Source: Okamejei kenojei
Lineage: Eukaryota
Length of the DNA stretch: 64,000 nucleotides
Direction: 5' to 3'
NCBI GenBank assembly: GCA_035221665.1
Contig: CM069142.1
Coordinates: 15,562,001 to 15,626,000, forward strand
Shown here: piece after piece, positions 1 to 12,400 of the stretch
Numbering within the stretch: the stretch's first letter is position 1
Layout: each line of letters begins with the position of its first letter
Position numbers and translations under genes: made by a program
Notes under the pieces: model-generated
Databases searched by the model: none
The model's input: only the letters and a program-made list of their open reading frames with translations
What the model was told of the DNA's origin: nothing

Positions 1-632
1 AAATCTGTGCTCTGAATCCTATGCAAACCCACTAGTGCCGTAAACAGAGGATAGATTAACTTCACATCATGATAAAATTATTCTGTAGATTGGTTTTCGT
101 AATTGTTCAATCTTTTTAGAAACCATTCTTGTGAAGTGCTGTTAGCTTTTGTCCTGTATTGCTACATAGCAATCCCTTGGAATATATAGCACAAAATATA
201 GTAACCATATCTTCTCCCTGGCCTGCCCCAGCCCAGCACGAGCCAACCTTATATGCACATTCCAATGTCACATTCATCCTCTATGGACAAGGCAACAAAC
301 TCACCAGCTCAAAACCCACACTGTCAAACACAGGCTCAGCCCATTCAATGACATTTAGATAGTTCAAGTTCTTAAGACAACATGAAGCATATCATAGATA
401 GACACAAAAAGCTGGAGTAACTCAGCGGGACAAGCAGCATCTCTGGAGCGAAGGAATTGTAAGAGAAAAGAAAGCAATGTTCCTGGAGAAGCCTCTGCTT
501 TAAGTAGCACCATTGGAGCTTTTATTTCTATCCAAAGAAGCAAAGTTAAAGTCATTTCTTGAAAGGTGGTGCCTTTAAAACAGCAGTGTTGCCCTGGCAG
601 CATAATGTGTCAGCCCGTATTTTGTTTCATCA

Positions 633-873
633 GGGCGGCACAGTGGCGCAGCGGTAGAGTTGCTGCCTAAGCGCCAGGGACCCGGGTTCGATCCTGACTA
701 CGGATCTCCGGTGTCCCCCCACACTCCAAAGATGTACAGGTTTGTAGGTTAATTGTCTTGGTAAAATGATAAATTGCCATCAAGTTTGTGTAGGATAGCG
801 TTAGTGTGTGGGGATCGCTGGTCAGCATGGTCTCGGTGGGCTGTTTCCATGCTGTATCTCTAAACGGAACTAA
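633..873 (+). mobile_element. tRNA-derived V-SINE (HE1-like), internally deleted
   Basis: A box TGGCGCAGCGG, B box GGTTCGATCC, and a CR1-like 3' tail (...GGGCTGTTTCCATGCTGTATCTCTAAAC). Many copies occur in the window. Confidence 0.85.
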
Positions 874-973
874 CCTATTCTCCTTGCACTTGTCATTTTC
901 CAACACCTGTCCTGTGGCTTCAAACCTCATCAATTCCACTCCTGACAATGTACGTGTTGACCATGCTATCATG

Positions 974-1203
974 GTCTGTAGGAGTTTGTACATTCTCCCT
1001 GTGACCACGTGGGTTTCTCCAGATGCTCCGGTTTCCTCCCACACTCCAAAGATGTGCAGGTTTATTGATTAATTGGCTTAGGAAAAAATTGTAAATTGTC
1101 CCTAATGTGTAGGGTAGTGTTGGTGTACAGGGGATCGCCGGTCGGCGCAGAGTCGATGGGCCGAAGGGCCTGTTTCTGTGCTGTATCTCTGAAGTCTAAA
1201 CGC
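974..1203 (+). mobile_element. 5'-truncated V-SINE (HE1-like)
   Basis: V-domain GGAGTTTGTACATTCTCCCTGTG...CCGGTTTCCTCCCAC and tail GGGCCGAAGGGCCTGTTTC. Confidence 0.85.
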
Positions 1204-1714
1204 AAAAAGAGTCTTCTACAAACTTTACACCGTATTAGTCACTGGGTCTTTCAGTTATTTTTCATATGTTTATCCAATTCAGTAGTAAATCGTGGTAAAT
1301 ATCACTGCATCTTAATTGGTACACATGTCAATAAAATACCTTTGAACCTTTGAACCCTTTGAAATTTAACACTCCTCGATTCCAAATCCACACAGCTCAC
1401 AAAACCATTGTAGTTCTTACCCTCCCCTCTCAAGGAGCAAATTGAAATTGTTGAATCCATGCACAATGTTTGTGCAGCTTCATGATTTACCTGGGGAACA
1501 TTGCAACAGAAACAAATGAACCATACCCTGAACACGTCACATTTTACACTCAGATGTGGCATGGAAAATAAAATGTGAATTTGAGTGATTATTCTGCTCC
1601 AGGATTAAAGCATTGTCCCAAACTACAATTATTTGAAATCATTTTTGTAGCTGCCATTATAGTAAAATTTCCACTGCTGCCCCATAGACATGGGTAAGAT
1701 TAACTAATTGTTTA

Positions 1715-2008
1715 ATTGATTGATTGATTGAAGGATACAGCACAGAAACAGGCCCTTTGGCCCACTGAGTACACATTGACCATCAATCACCCGTTCACAC
1801 ATGTTTGACATTATCCCAATTTCATATCCACTCCCAACACACTGGGGCCAATTTCCAGTGGCCAATTAACCTGCAAACCTTTACGTCTTTGGGGTGTGGG
1901 AGGAAACCGGAGCACTCGGATAAACCCATGCAGTCACAGGAAGAAGATGCAAAGTGCACACCCGAGGTCAGAATGTAACTTGTATCTCTGGCACTGTCAG
2001 GCAACAGC
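1715..2008 (-). mobile_element. V-SINE (HE1-like), reverse orientation
   Basis: Reverse complement of the tail (gaaacaggccc) and V-domain (gtgggaggaaaccggagcac); (attg)n tail. Confidence 0.75.
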
Positions 2009-2211
2009 TCCACGAGCTTCGCCACTGTGTCACATCTTAATATCTCTAATTGCATCTTGGGATCTGAAACCCTTTTATGCCGTAATTCATTGCAGATGTT
2101 CATATACTGCTGCCTGTCTGTCATGCTTTCCTCACTTGAGGTTCTCTTGCCTATGACTTACTCTCGCTACTATCACTGTATCTACCAACAGCAGGACCTC
2201 TGTAGAACCAC

Positions 2212-2805
2212 GGGTGGCACTGTAGCACAGCGGTAGAGTTGGTGGCTTATAGCACCAGAGACCCCGGTTCAATCCTGACTATGGGTGCTGTCTGTATAGG
2301 ATTTCAGTATAGGAGTAGAGAGGTTCTTCTGCAGTTGTATAGGGCTCATGTAAAAACACATCTGGAGTATTGTGTACAGTTTTGGTCTCCGAATTTGAGG
2401 AAGGGCATCCTTGCGATTGAGGCAGTGCAGCGTAGGTTCACGAGATTGATCCATGGGATGGCGGGACTGTCATATGAGGAAAGATTGAAAAGACTAGGCT
2501 TGTATTCACTGGAGTTTAGAAGGATGAAGGGGAAATCTTATAGAAACATATAAAATGTACCTCGAAGGGCCGAATGGCCTTCTCCTGCACCTATTTTCTA
2601 TGTTTCTAAGTTTGTATGGAGCTTGTATGTTCTCCTTGTGACCATGCGCATTTTGTCCGGCTGCTTCAGTTTCCTCCCACACTCCAATGATCTACATGTT
2701 TACAGGTTAATTCATTTTTGTAAATTGTAAATTGTCCCTAGAGTTTGTGTATGAGATGATTGAGGGCCGAAGGGCCTGTTTCCACGCTGTAAATCCAAAC
2801 TAAAC
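2212..2805 (+). mobile_element. V-SINE interrupted by a CR1 3' fragment (about 2299-2608)
   Basis: SINE head 2212-2298, then CR1 ORF2 C-terminus (LQLYRAHVKTHLEYCVQFWSP) with its 3' tail, then the SINE body resumes at about 2613. Confidence 0.85.
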
Positions 2806-4859
2806 CACACCAAATGGAAACAGGCCCTTCAACCCATTGAATCTGTGTTGAGTGTTACTATCTAGACTATGCCCACATTCCTATCTCCATAGGTTCTACC
2901 ATTCACCTACACTCAAGGGTCAATTTACAGTGGCCTACTGTTACAACAGTGGTTCACAATGTCCTAAGCATTACTGCTGTATGGCTGAAATGGAATTCAA
3001 AGTATTAGTCTGATCTGATTACAACAAAGGCTAAATTAACTTTCAAGTATATATATTCTTCAGTATAATGTATGTGTAATGAGCACTTTAAAACTCACCA
3101 TGTTGCCCAAAGTTAGATCAGTTCTAAAACTTTCAGACATACTCAGCTAATGTGAGAAACAGAGATGCCTGGCACAAAACACAAAATGCTGGAGAAACTC
3201 AGCAGGTCAGGCAACAGCTGTGGAGGGAATGGACTCGGTACAATGGGACACTCGCTGTTCCCTCTGTATTAGTTTAGATTTCTGCAGACTACACTCATTG
3301 AAAAACTGAAGCATGACCGATGTGAAAAACAGGAGTACTTAGGTTTTACTAATCCCAGACAAAGCGACACATGGAAGCGAAAGGATGTAAAAACTGAATG
3401 CCATTGAGATGCTGAGTGGTCTGTCTCTGAGTGGGCAAGCAGTTGTGTTTGTATTTGTTAGACTCCCAACTAAGGACTGCAACAAAAAGAGTCTCAGACT
3501 TGCTTAAATCAGCACCTCACCTTAACTACCACAGTCTGTCAGTGTTATGTGAAGCTGTAATTCCTAATAAACACAGCAAACTCATTTCAAACATACAATT
3601 TCCTTCCACACTGAAATACTGTAACACCACCTAAAGTTTCAACAGTACCAAATGCGAATGTGGTGAAAATGTTTAGACAATCCACTGCACTGAGAAATGA
3701 CTCAAACCACTCCGGTACGCAGGCTGCTTCGGGAACCTATAAAACATCAGAGACGGTTGTGAAATCCCTGCCAAGATACAAGCTAAGAATTTGCATTGCT
3801 GCGTTGAAATGAAACTAACCAACTTAATTTACAAACTAAACTACAAGTTATATTAATTGGATTACATATCCTATTGGAACCCAGATCTAATCTGTGGTTA
3901 CCTTGGAGACACAAGGCATCGCAAATGCTGGAAGTAGTTATATTTTGGGATCACATGTAGGTTTAGATTTAGTTTTATTATTAATACATGTACCAAGGTG
4001 ATGATACTATGACAATGCATGTGTCCCTTAAGACCAAAGGAAAGGTTCACAGGTAGTGCAGATGCTTGTTTTAGCGCAGAGCCGAGAGGCCGCCAAATAC
4101 TTTCCTGAATGAAACAATAGCAGACTTTTTGGAAAGAAGGTGATCAGCCGCAGCTGCCTCCTGTGTTGCTACTGGCAATTATTTTCCAAAGGTCATGAAA
4201 TGGAAATCTGGAAAGAAATCACTCATTAACCAGGCTGACCATAACCCAAGGCAACCAGAAACCAGTAGCTAAGGAAGAACGTCAACATCTGAAAATGCCA
4301 CCTTGATCCTCAAAATTGATTTTTCTTTTAAAGAATGTGCAAGTATCTGATTCAAACTAATATCAGGGCACTCATTCCTGCAAATGATAAAGTAGATTGT
4401 TTTTCAGAGAATAAAGTTATTTTAATTATTTATAACCCGATTCTACCGTGATTCAGGAAGTACTCTTGTTCATTGTCACATAATCCATAGAAAATACAAG
4501 TACAGACAATCTTTCTTTGACCAATAGTCAATGAAATAAAACACTAACGAAGAGTATTGTCACACAGAACTGCATCAATTTCCCAAAATTATGACTTTTT
4601 CAAAGCTATCACAGATAACGTAAAAAATGTACAGGACCATTTCAAATCGTTAAATATTTGATTATTAAATATGTTGCAATTTAAAAAATAAAAGTCGCCT
4701 TTAATCTGTTTTATAGAGATGCTTTACAAAGATTATAAAATACACACATCTGATCGGAACAATTCTGGTGTCCCGATTTCTCTTTGCTGGGATTTTTAAC
4801 TCTCCCAGATTCTGTCCTTTGGACTGGTAGGTCTCTAAATCACTGGAGGGTTCAGTGAC

Positions 4860-5531
4860 TTACACGAATTCGCTTTTGGAGTACATGCTTGGAACTTTCC
4901 GCGTTGGCTGGGGCGGGTTGTATTTCCCATAGTGTGCAGGTGCATAACGGTAACTTTTCTCCGCTTCGGGAGGACAGGAGCAGCAGAGGAGGGCTCCTGC
5001 CACCATCAGCAAGCCGGCCGTCGCCCAGCCGATGAACAGGGCTTCTCCAAGCTCGCGTTTCTGCGCGTTGGGAACGAGCGGGTTGTAGAAATTCCTGATG
5101 ATGGTGTTTCCCACCCACGAAACGGGGACCAGGACCAGGATTCCGGTGAGGATGAACATGATGCCGGCTGCGAGTAGGAGTCGGCCTTTCGCCAGCTCGC
5201 TTTCCACCGGGCTGCGGGTGCATTTCATGCCCAGAGCGGCCAGGAGGATGGTGAGGAACTCCAGCGCCACGGCCACACACATGAGGGCACGGCTGGCCTG
5301 CAGCTCGGGGCCCAGCGCCAGCAGCGAGTCGTATATCTTGCACTGCATGCGGATGTTCGCCTGCCGCACGCAGCTCATCCACAAGCCTTCCCAGCGGTTC
5401 TCAAACACCACCAGGTTCTCCCCGATGAAGGCGGTCACCCTCCACTGGGGCAGCCCGGTCACCGCGCACGTCCCCACCAAGCCGATCACCCCCAGCGACA
5501 GGCTGACTATCTGCAGAATGGAGCTCACCAT
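4860..5531 (-). CDS. cldn8: Claudin-8-like tight-junction protein, single exon, 223 aa
   Basis: ATG at 5531 in a good Kozak context (GCCGGCGATGG). Claudin signature W-x15-EGLW-x2-C-x9-C ([46 protein letters not shown]), four hydrophobic segments, QKRELGEAL and tail ...[10 protein letters not shown] closely resemble vertebrate CLDN8 as I recall it. CLDN8 versus CLDN17 orthology is not resolvable by eye. Confidence 0.93.
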   Translation of the reverse strand: MVSSILQIVSLSLGVIGLVGTCAVTGLPQWRVTAFIGENLVVFENRWEGLWMSCVRQANIRMQCKIYDSLLALGPELQASRALMCVAVALEFLTILLAALGMKCTRSPVESELAKGRLLLAAGIMFILTGILVLVPVSWVGNTIIRNFYNPLVPNAQKRELGEALFIGWATAGLLMVAGALLCCSCPPEAEKSYRYAPAHYGKYNPPQPTRKVPSMYSKSEFV

Positions 5532-5538
5532 CGCCGGC

Positions 5539-5565
5539 TCAGCCTCAGCCTCAGCCTCAGCCTCA
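5539..5565. repeat. (CTCAGC)n hexamer repeat just upstream of the claudin ATG
   Basis: About four tandem copies of ctcagc. Confidence 0.9.
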
Positions 5566-5699
5566 GGGCTGGAGAAACGCACCTGTCCCGGGGAGGAGCC
5601 GGCCACTGCCCAGGGTCCCCTTCACTGCGGCTGCCAGCCCAGTGACAACGTGTCCCCACACCAAGCAAGCCCACACATCCACCTCCTCCTCACTGTCGC

Positions 5700-5800
5700 T
5701 GCTGCATCTCAAGGAAGCACTGATTGGGAAAGAACATCGGAGTTAAAAGGTGGACCAGTCCCGGCAGCCAATGAGGCGATGGGCGGAGATGATTTAGAGG
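5700..5800 (-). promoter_or_regulatory. Putative proximal promoter of the claudin gene
   Basis: CCAAT boxes (ATTGG ~5723, CCAAT ~5768), GC box GGGCGG 5781-5786 and a TATA-like TTTTAA (- strand, ~5744-5749), 170-270 bp upstream of the ATG. The TSS is not known. Confidence 0.45.
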
Positions 5801-6065
5801 GACTACTCGACACAGGCAATTACAGAAATGGTCAGCCTGAGTTAGAATTTGAAGCCGCCGTGTGGGTGTTTAAAAGTTTTTCAGTCGGGGGTCGCGGTCT
5901 GGGAGTTGTGCTGAACCAGGGGATGGACTGGGAGCGACGTGAAGGGAGGAATGAGACAAATGCTCGGCGGGTCAGTCAGGCAGCATCGTGGAGAGAGGGG
6001 ACCACAGCTAACGTTCCAGGTCCACCAGCTTCCAACACATGCAAGGAAAGGCGAGTGGTGGAGGT

Positions 6066-6108
6066 GAGAGAGAGAGAGAGAGAGAGAGGGAGGGGGGGAG
6101 GAGGAGGA
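6066..6108. repeat. (GA)n and GGA-rich microsatellite
   Basis: gagagagag... run followed by G/GGA runs. Confidence 0.9.
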
Positions 6109-6819
6109 TGGGAGCGAGAGCTGGAGAGATTAGTGGGTTTGCTGGCTGTTTGCTTGTGGTAAGGGCGAGCATTAATTGCCGTCTCTAATATATTATTTCA
6201 GCTTTATCACTTTCCCTTTTCTCATTCCAGTCCATCTGCGTCCATCATAGGTGCACCGTTCTCTTTGAGCTGTCTTTCTTCCTCCTGAGCCAATGCCCCC
6301 CCCCCCCCCTTCACCATGTTAAAAATGCCCTTGACTTCATCTAATCTATTTCCCACATCTCTGCCCCCAGCTCCTCTCAACCGGGACAGAGCAGGGATAG
6401 AGTTGCTCTGGCCATCGCTTTTCACCATCCCACTGCCCGCAGTCTCCATGTTCAAAGTAACATCCTTCAAAAATGTCAACATCTCCTATGACCAGCCACA
6501 CCACCCATTTCTCTTTCAGCAATCCGACAAAATCTTGAACCCTTGGTTGCTCTCCTGCCTCTATCAACCACTCCCAATGTTATGGCTTTTTTTAATGCAA
6601 CTGGAGGCATAGAAATACCAACCTGTCCTGGTAAGTGACTTTGTATTGAAATGTAACTCATGCGGGAAATAACTGATGGGGGAATGAAACAGCATGTTTG
6701 TGTTCAGTGGGGTTGAATGTGTACTTATTTTAGTCGGATCAAGGTGAGGATCTGACACAACCCTTTCATCTTTTTCTTTCCTGTGGAAACAGTCTTTCCA
6801 GCTGAAGCAGCAATTGAAA

Positions 6820-7572
6820 GAACACTAACAAATGCTCGTCACCCCAACTTATCCATGCCAACCAGGATGCCCCATCTAAATGAGTCCCGTTTGGCCCATA
6901 TCCCTCTAAATCTTTCCTCTCCATGTACCTGTCCTAATGTCTATTCGATATTTTTACTGTACATGCCTCGACTATTTCCTCCTGTAGCTTCCCTATTAAA
7001 TCTTTCCCCTTTCACCTTAACTTTATGCTCTCTAATTCTTGACGACTCTACTCTCGTAAAATGGCAGTGTGCTTTCACCCTGCCTGTAGCTCTCAAGAAT
7101 GATTAATCTTTATAAGATCACCTCTCAGCCTCCTGTACTACAAGAAATAAAGTCCAAGCCTGCCAAACCTCTCCCTATAACTCAGACCCGAGAGTCCTGG
7201 CAACATCCTTGTAAATTACCTCTGTACTTTTTCCAGCTTAATGGTATCTTTCCTTTGGCAAGATGACCAAAATGGAACACAAGACTCCAAGTGCGGCCCC
7301 ACCAATGTATTGTACAACTGTAACACAATGTCCCAATTTCTATGCTTAATTCCATGAATGATGAAGGCCAATATACCAAAAGCCTTCTTCATCACCCGAT
7401 CTACTGTGACACCACTAAAAGGAACTTTGTACTTTGGACTCTTAGGTCATTCTGCTCCACCACATTCCCCAGTCCCTCACCATTCACTGTGACATCCTGC
7501 ACTGGTTTGACTAACCAAAATACAACACTCCACACTTATCTGATTTAAACTCCATTTGTCATTCCTCAGCCC
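6820..7572 (-). mobile_element. Decayed CR1 LINE 3' fragment
   Basis: Reverse CR1 3' UTR and ORF2 C-terminus remnants (gaacacaagactccaagtgcggcc corresponds to PHLE..V.F on the - strand). Confidence 0.75.
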
Positions 7573-7581
7573 ACTCAGCGG

Positions 7582-7650
7582 ACCTGTCCGAACTCTGGCA
7601 CATACCGCGGGACTGTCGAACTCTGGCACATACCGCGAGCCTGTCCAACC
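7582..7650. repeat. Tandem repeat, ~30-bp unit, ~2.3 copies
   Basis: ctgtc(c)gaactctggcacataccgcg is repeated. Confidence 0.8.
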
Positions 7651-8589
7651 TCCAGCCGCCGGGTCTCCAGAGATGCTGCCTGACCTGCTGAGTTACTCCA
7701 GGTTTTGTGTCTATCTTAAGTGCATAATTCATATGAATGCGTTTCTGAGCTGTTCCACGTTACAAGGGTGAACCAGCTAAAATATGAAGATGGTATGTCA
7801 TAAAACTATGAACATCCAAAAACAGAATGGTAGCCAAACTGGCAACTCTATTAATCAGTACCTTTAATGTTAACATTCTAATGCTCTTAAACAATCGTTA
7901 TTGTTTGCAAGATTAGATAAAGTGATTTTTATGATTCTCCGCCACATATCATTCGAACACATTCACAAGGTTTTATTTTATTTTAAAAGATTTTTCTCAG
8001 TTATTTAAACTTCTGACTTCCAAAATGGAATTTTAAATGTAAATCATATTTTGAAATGACATGATTGAATTTCTTTGCTTTTTCTTTTGTGCCTTTTAAT
8101 TCCTTCATTATTTTTATGCCTCAGATTATTCCACTTTTGGCCTTTGGCTTTTATATTCCTCTTTGTCCTAAAATAATTAGTTTTTTTTGTGTGACTAATC
8201 AATGACCTCAACAAAGATTAATTTATGGATGAAAAAACTATCTTCCAAAAGATAAATAAAAAATCATCTCTTTGGAATCTGGCGGTAAGACGTTTTTCTG
8301 AACTATTTTGTGAAGGGGCCAGCAAATTGCTTGTAACTTTCACATTGCTTATCTATGGAATGAAAGCATTGGGGAATGGGACAGACTGGGGGGAGAGATA
8401 TTGTTGGACAGGAGTAATGATGGCCGCTTCAACTAGGTGATAACAAACTGCAGTTAATTTTAACATTGCGTGATTTTATTACACATTGAAACCGCCAGGT
8501 GATGACAAAATGTTAATAACTTTATAGTTGGAACTGTTTAAAATGGATGTTAATACTTTATGTATTTATGCATTGACATGGGTAAAGTG

Positions 8590-8797
8590 CTGGATGGTAA
8601 TTAATCTTAATCTGGTGCCTCTATTCAAGAAGGGTGCAAAGAAAAACCTGGGAACTATAGATCAGTAAGTTTGACATTTGTGACGGGAAAGTTACTGTAG
8701 AAGATTCTGAGGGATAAAATATATTTGCGATTGGAAAGATGGGTTGATTGGGAGTTGTCAACATGGTTTTGTGTGTGGGATGTCATGTCTCACGAGT
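8590..8797 (+). mobile_element. CR1 RT fragment
   Basis: PLFKKG...PGNYRSVSLT...QHGF-like remnants. Confidence 0.7.
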
Positions 8798-9436
8798 TGT
8801 CTAGCTTTGGCTGTGTGCAGACATAGGATTGTTTCAGAAACGGGATTGTTGCAAAATGAAATCACAGTACAATCATTGGCGAATACTGCCACTCTGACCC
8901 TTTGATGAAGAAAATGTCACTGACAGAGCTTCAGAAGCCATGTCCTGGGCCTGAGATTATTTATTTATTTCATTCTTCATGCAAATCTAATTCTAGTGAG
9001 TTGAAAGGTCCACCATGTTTCCAACCTAGCTTCAGTTTTTCTTGGGCTCCTCTGTGGCACACTCATTTAAAAGTTGCCTTGACATCATGTGCAATCACTC
9101 CCACCTCATCCCTACAATCCAGCTCCTTTGTTGTGCAGTGCTCCAGAGCTAAACGGTCCTCACAGAATTAAATTGAATGGGTTATTGGTAACAGTGAAGC
9201 CCAAGGGCATTCTATCATCTCAGTGGCATTGGGTGGCACGGCAGCACAGCTGCAGAGTTATTGCCTTCCAATCTCCGACTTGAGTTCTTTCCTACTCGCT
9301 TTATATTCCTCGTAAGCCGCGTTTGATGCCAGTTTCTTAAACCCAACAGACATACACGTCCGTTTTCTTCCTGAACAAGTTTACAACCTCCTTGGTCATC
9401 CCCGGTTCCTTTGCCTTGCCATCCTTATCCCTGCTC

Positions 9437-12400
9437 TATATAAATGATTTGGAAGAGCATATACAAGGCAAGAATAGCATTTAGATGACATTAAAATAAG
9501 TGATATCATTGAAGATGGTTATCAAGCGGGATCTACCTGAGCAAGAGAAATGGCTAAATGGAGTTTAATAGTAAGATTAAACGAGAACTTACCAGTTCGA
9601 AGTTTGATCCTTATTTTAAGAGGAGTTACGATGAGGGATTACGTGAAGAAGCCCCGCCAGAGCGCATGCTTGTCATCCTTCAAAGCCGCGGCATGAAAAC
9701 ACAGAATCCCAATAGCCGAAGTAACATAGTAAGGCCTTTAGAAGACTAGAACTACCAGATGATCCTTTAGATTATGAGGGTGGGAGCGGAGGGCACGTAA
9801 TCCCTCATCGTTACTTCTCATAAAATAAGGATCAAACTTTGAACTGGTAAGTTCTCATTTAATCTTACTAATTTAATTCGGAAGATTTCAAAGCTCTGTG
9901 ATTTCATGCCGTAGATACAGTTCCATACGACACACTGCCTTGGTTGACACAGGATAACCAAATAATGTATCAAACATTGTTTAATTTATACAATAAATGT
10001 CTTAAACAATAACATTTTACACAACAGTAATAACCCCTCTTTCGCAGGGGAAATTACAAAGGAGAACTCAAACAGAACCCAAAACAGCTTGCCCAATCTT
10101 TGCATTGCGAGGACAAGTTTGTGATAAACCCTAAAAGGTTCCTTAACTGGATTATCCTGCAGTGAGGATTTGGTCTAATGGCACGTCCTGCGTCTTTGCT
10201 GCGTACGTTGATGCCGCCCTGGTGGAGTGATTTAAACACATCAGTGTCTACTCCAGCAAAATGCAAACCTGTTTTCGTCATATAGCAATAGCTTGTACTG
10301 ACACCTTTGTATGAGGTTTTATGTGGCTGATGACCATCGCTGTTTCAGAGCCTCTGAGACTCTTGATGACCTTGATATTATTAGCTCAGATGTGTAATTA
10401 CATATAGATCAATAGGTATATTTTAAGCTTATTTTGTTTCCAGCCATCCCTGGCCTGCTCTGTTTGATTAGATCATATGCATAAAACACAATATCATCTA
10501 CAGAAGAATGCATGCTGTCCAGTCATACCTTTTGCAATATCTGGACCCATAATGCTGCCACTAGCACCATGAACATGATCACTTTGAGCGTTAACTTCTG
10601 GAAAGGCAGAGATGTAATTGGAGCCCATTGCCAAAGCAGTGTGAGAACTATGCTCACATCCCAGATTTCTGAATATGTACATCTGGGAGGGTTTTGTTAA
10701 AATACCTCCTATGAATCGGCCAACAATAGATGAGATTCGACAGAGTGTTGTCCGGACCCTTGCCCTAAGTAGGAGGACAAAGTACTTCTAGTACTCTAAA
10801 TGGCACTATAGCTTAACTGCTCGTCAAAATGCAATGTAGCCAGGAACTCCGGTATGTATATATCTGGTATGCCTGCAAATACATCCGGTATGCCTGCAAC
10901 TTATGATAAGATATATTTAACTGTAAACAGGATATTTCCCATTTCTTAATATGAGACACATATTGTTTTTTTTTAATTTTAATTTTTTTTTTTAGTACTA
11001 TATCTCCAGACCATCGTAATCACATCGACGGTTCTACTCAATAGTCTGAGTCCCTGGAACAGTCTGGTCAGAAGATACAAATCAATAAATTAATATGCTC
11101 ATGTAAAGGGGAACTTTCCTCCTGTCCCAGTGTGAACCAACAAGTTACTGTAATTGGAATGATCATGAATGCTGTGTTATCCGTCTCAACCCAATGGGAC
11201 CATGCTGTGTGGACCAGTTTAGAACCCAGTAAACACCTAAGTGTAGACATACTCTATTTTGGTGAGACCTTGATTGAATGAGGAAGAAATGGGGAAAGCG
11301 TAAAAACACACATCCCCAATGTAGCAAGAATGTATCCTCCGCTACTCACCCTAGATTTGGTTCCCATGCCGAATACAGGTACTGGTAATTTAACCCAGAT
11401 GCAACAGATCTATGTCTGGCAATCCATACCAGCTAACAATGATTTTGAAACTTTTGGATTCCTAATCCATTTTTTGTTTGTCATGGAATTTACATGACCT
11501 GGTGTCTGCAACTTTTGCATTATCTCTACCTGATAGGTAGATATCTGAGACCCAGATGTTCCTTGTAATGCACCAGTGCCAGATGAGGCCAGGCAGACTG
11601 TTACAGAATAATGACATCATTTTACCCATGTGATTGATATGGGTACCAGCTGTGGTATTATGAATCTGAAGCTGCACATGCAATCATGCATTGTTGAGCA
11701 GAATTCTTTAGGCCATAGAATGCACCCAGCAATTCTGCGCAGTTTACCCCGGCCTCTGCAGGGTTAATGCTTCTTTCACATTTTACCTGCCATCCCAGCC
11801 AGACTTGATATCAGTGGCTCCTCATCCTGAAGCTCACTTCAGTTTGTAAACTAAAGGTTATTGAGTCAGAATGTCGCTAGTACATCGCGAGACATTAGTT
11901 ACAATTTTGGCTATAGGCAAAGTACTGTCATGTTAATTAACCAATGATGACCTCAAATAGCCAATCATTCTAAATGGTACTAATCTAAGTTTAATTAGAT
12001 GGGTGAGGACCTAACCTCTCAACAGGTGTGTGGTAGCTGAATATTTATCGTTCAGATCTATGGCTGCCAATATAACACCTTTTTTTATCCCAGTTAAAAT
12101 ACTGACATTTTTATTTAAATCTTTTATACTGAACCTTAAGGGTTAAGTATGTTCCGGCCCAGAATGACTAGACACCCACCATCGTCCTTTTGGCTGGGGA
12201 ATTGGACACAATTGTTAAGGCTGTTAAGCACCATCTACCTGTAGAGTTAATGGTATTGACCCCAATACCCAACTATGTGTATTTTAATGGGTGGATGTAC
12301 TTCCGAGATACCTATTGGAGATCCCCGGATACAATCCAATATTCACTTACTGTTTCTTAATCTGAAAGGATATGGTTTTTGAGGTGGCATCCTGGCCTCA

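Noticed and set aside
633-705. tRNA gene
   Set aside because: The A and B boxes belong to a SINE head, which continues into the SINE body and lacks a full cloverleaf.
3974-4705. Claudin polyadenylation signal
   Set aside because: There are several candidates on the - strand (ATTAAA at 4700-4705 and 4421-4426; AATAAA at 3974-3979 within a repeat tail), and I cannot choose without transcript data.
5098-6162. 354-aa + strand ORF, and the 176-aa alternative-frame ORF at 4852-5382
   Set aside because: These are shadow ORFs of the GC-rich claudin CDS. The long one runs through promoter and microsatellite sequence, and neither shows protein-family features.
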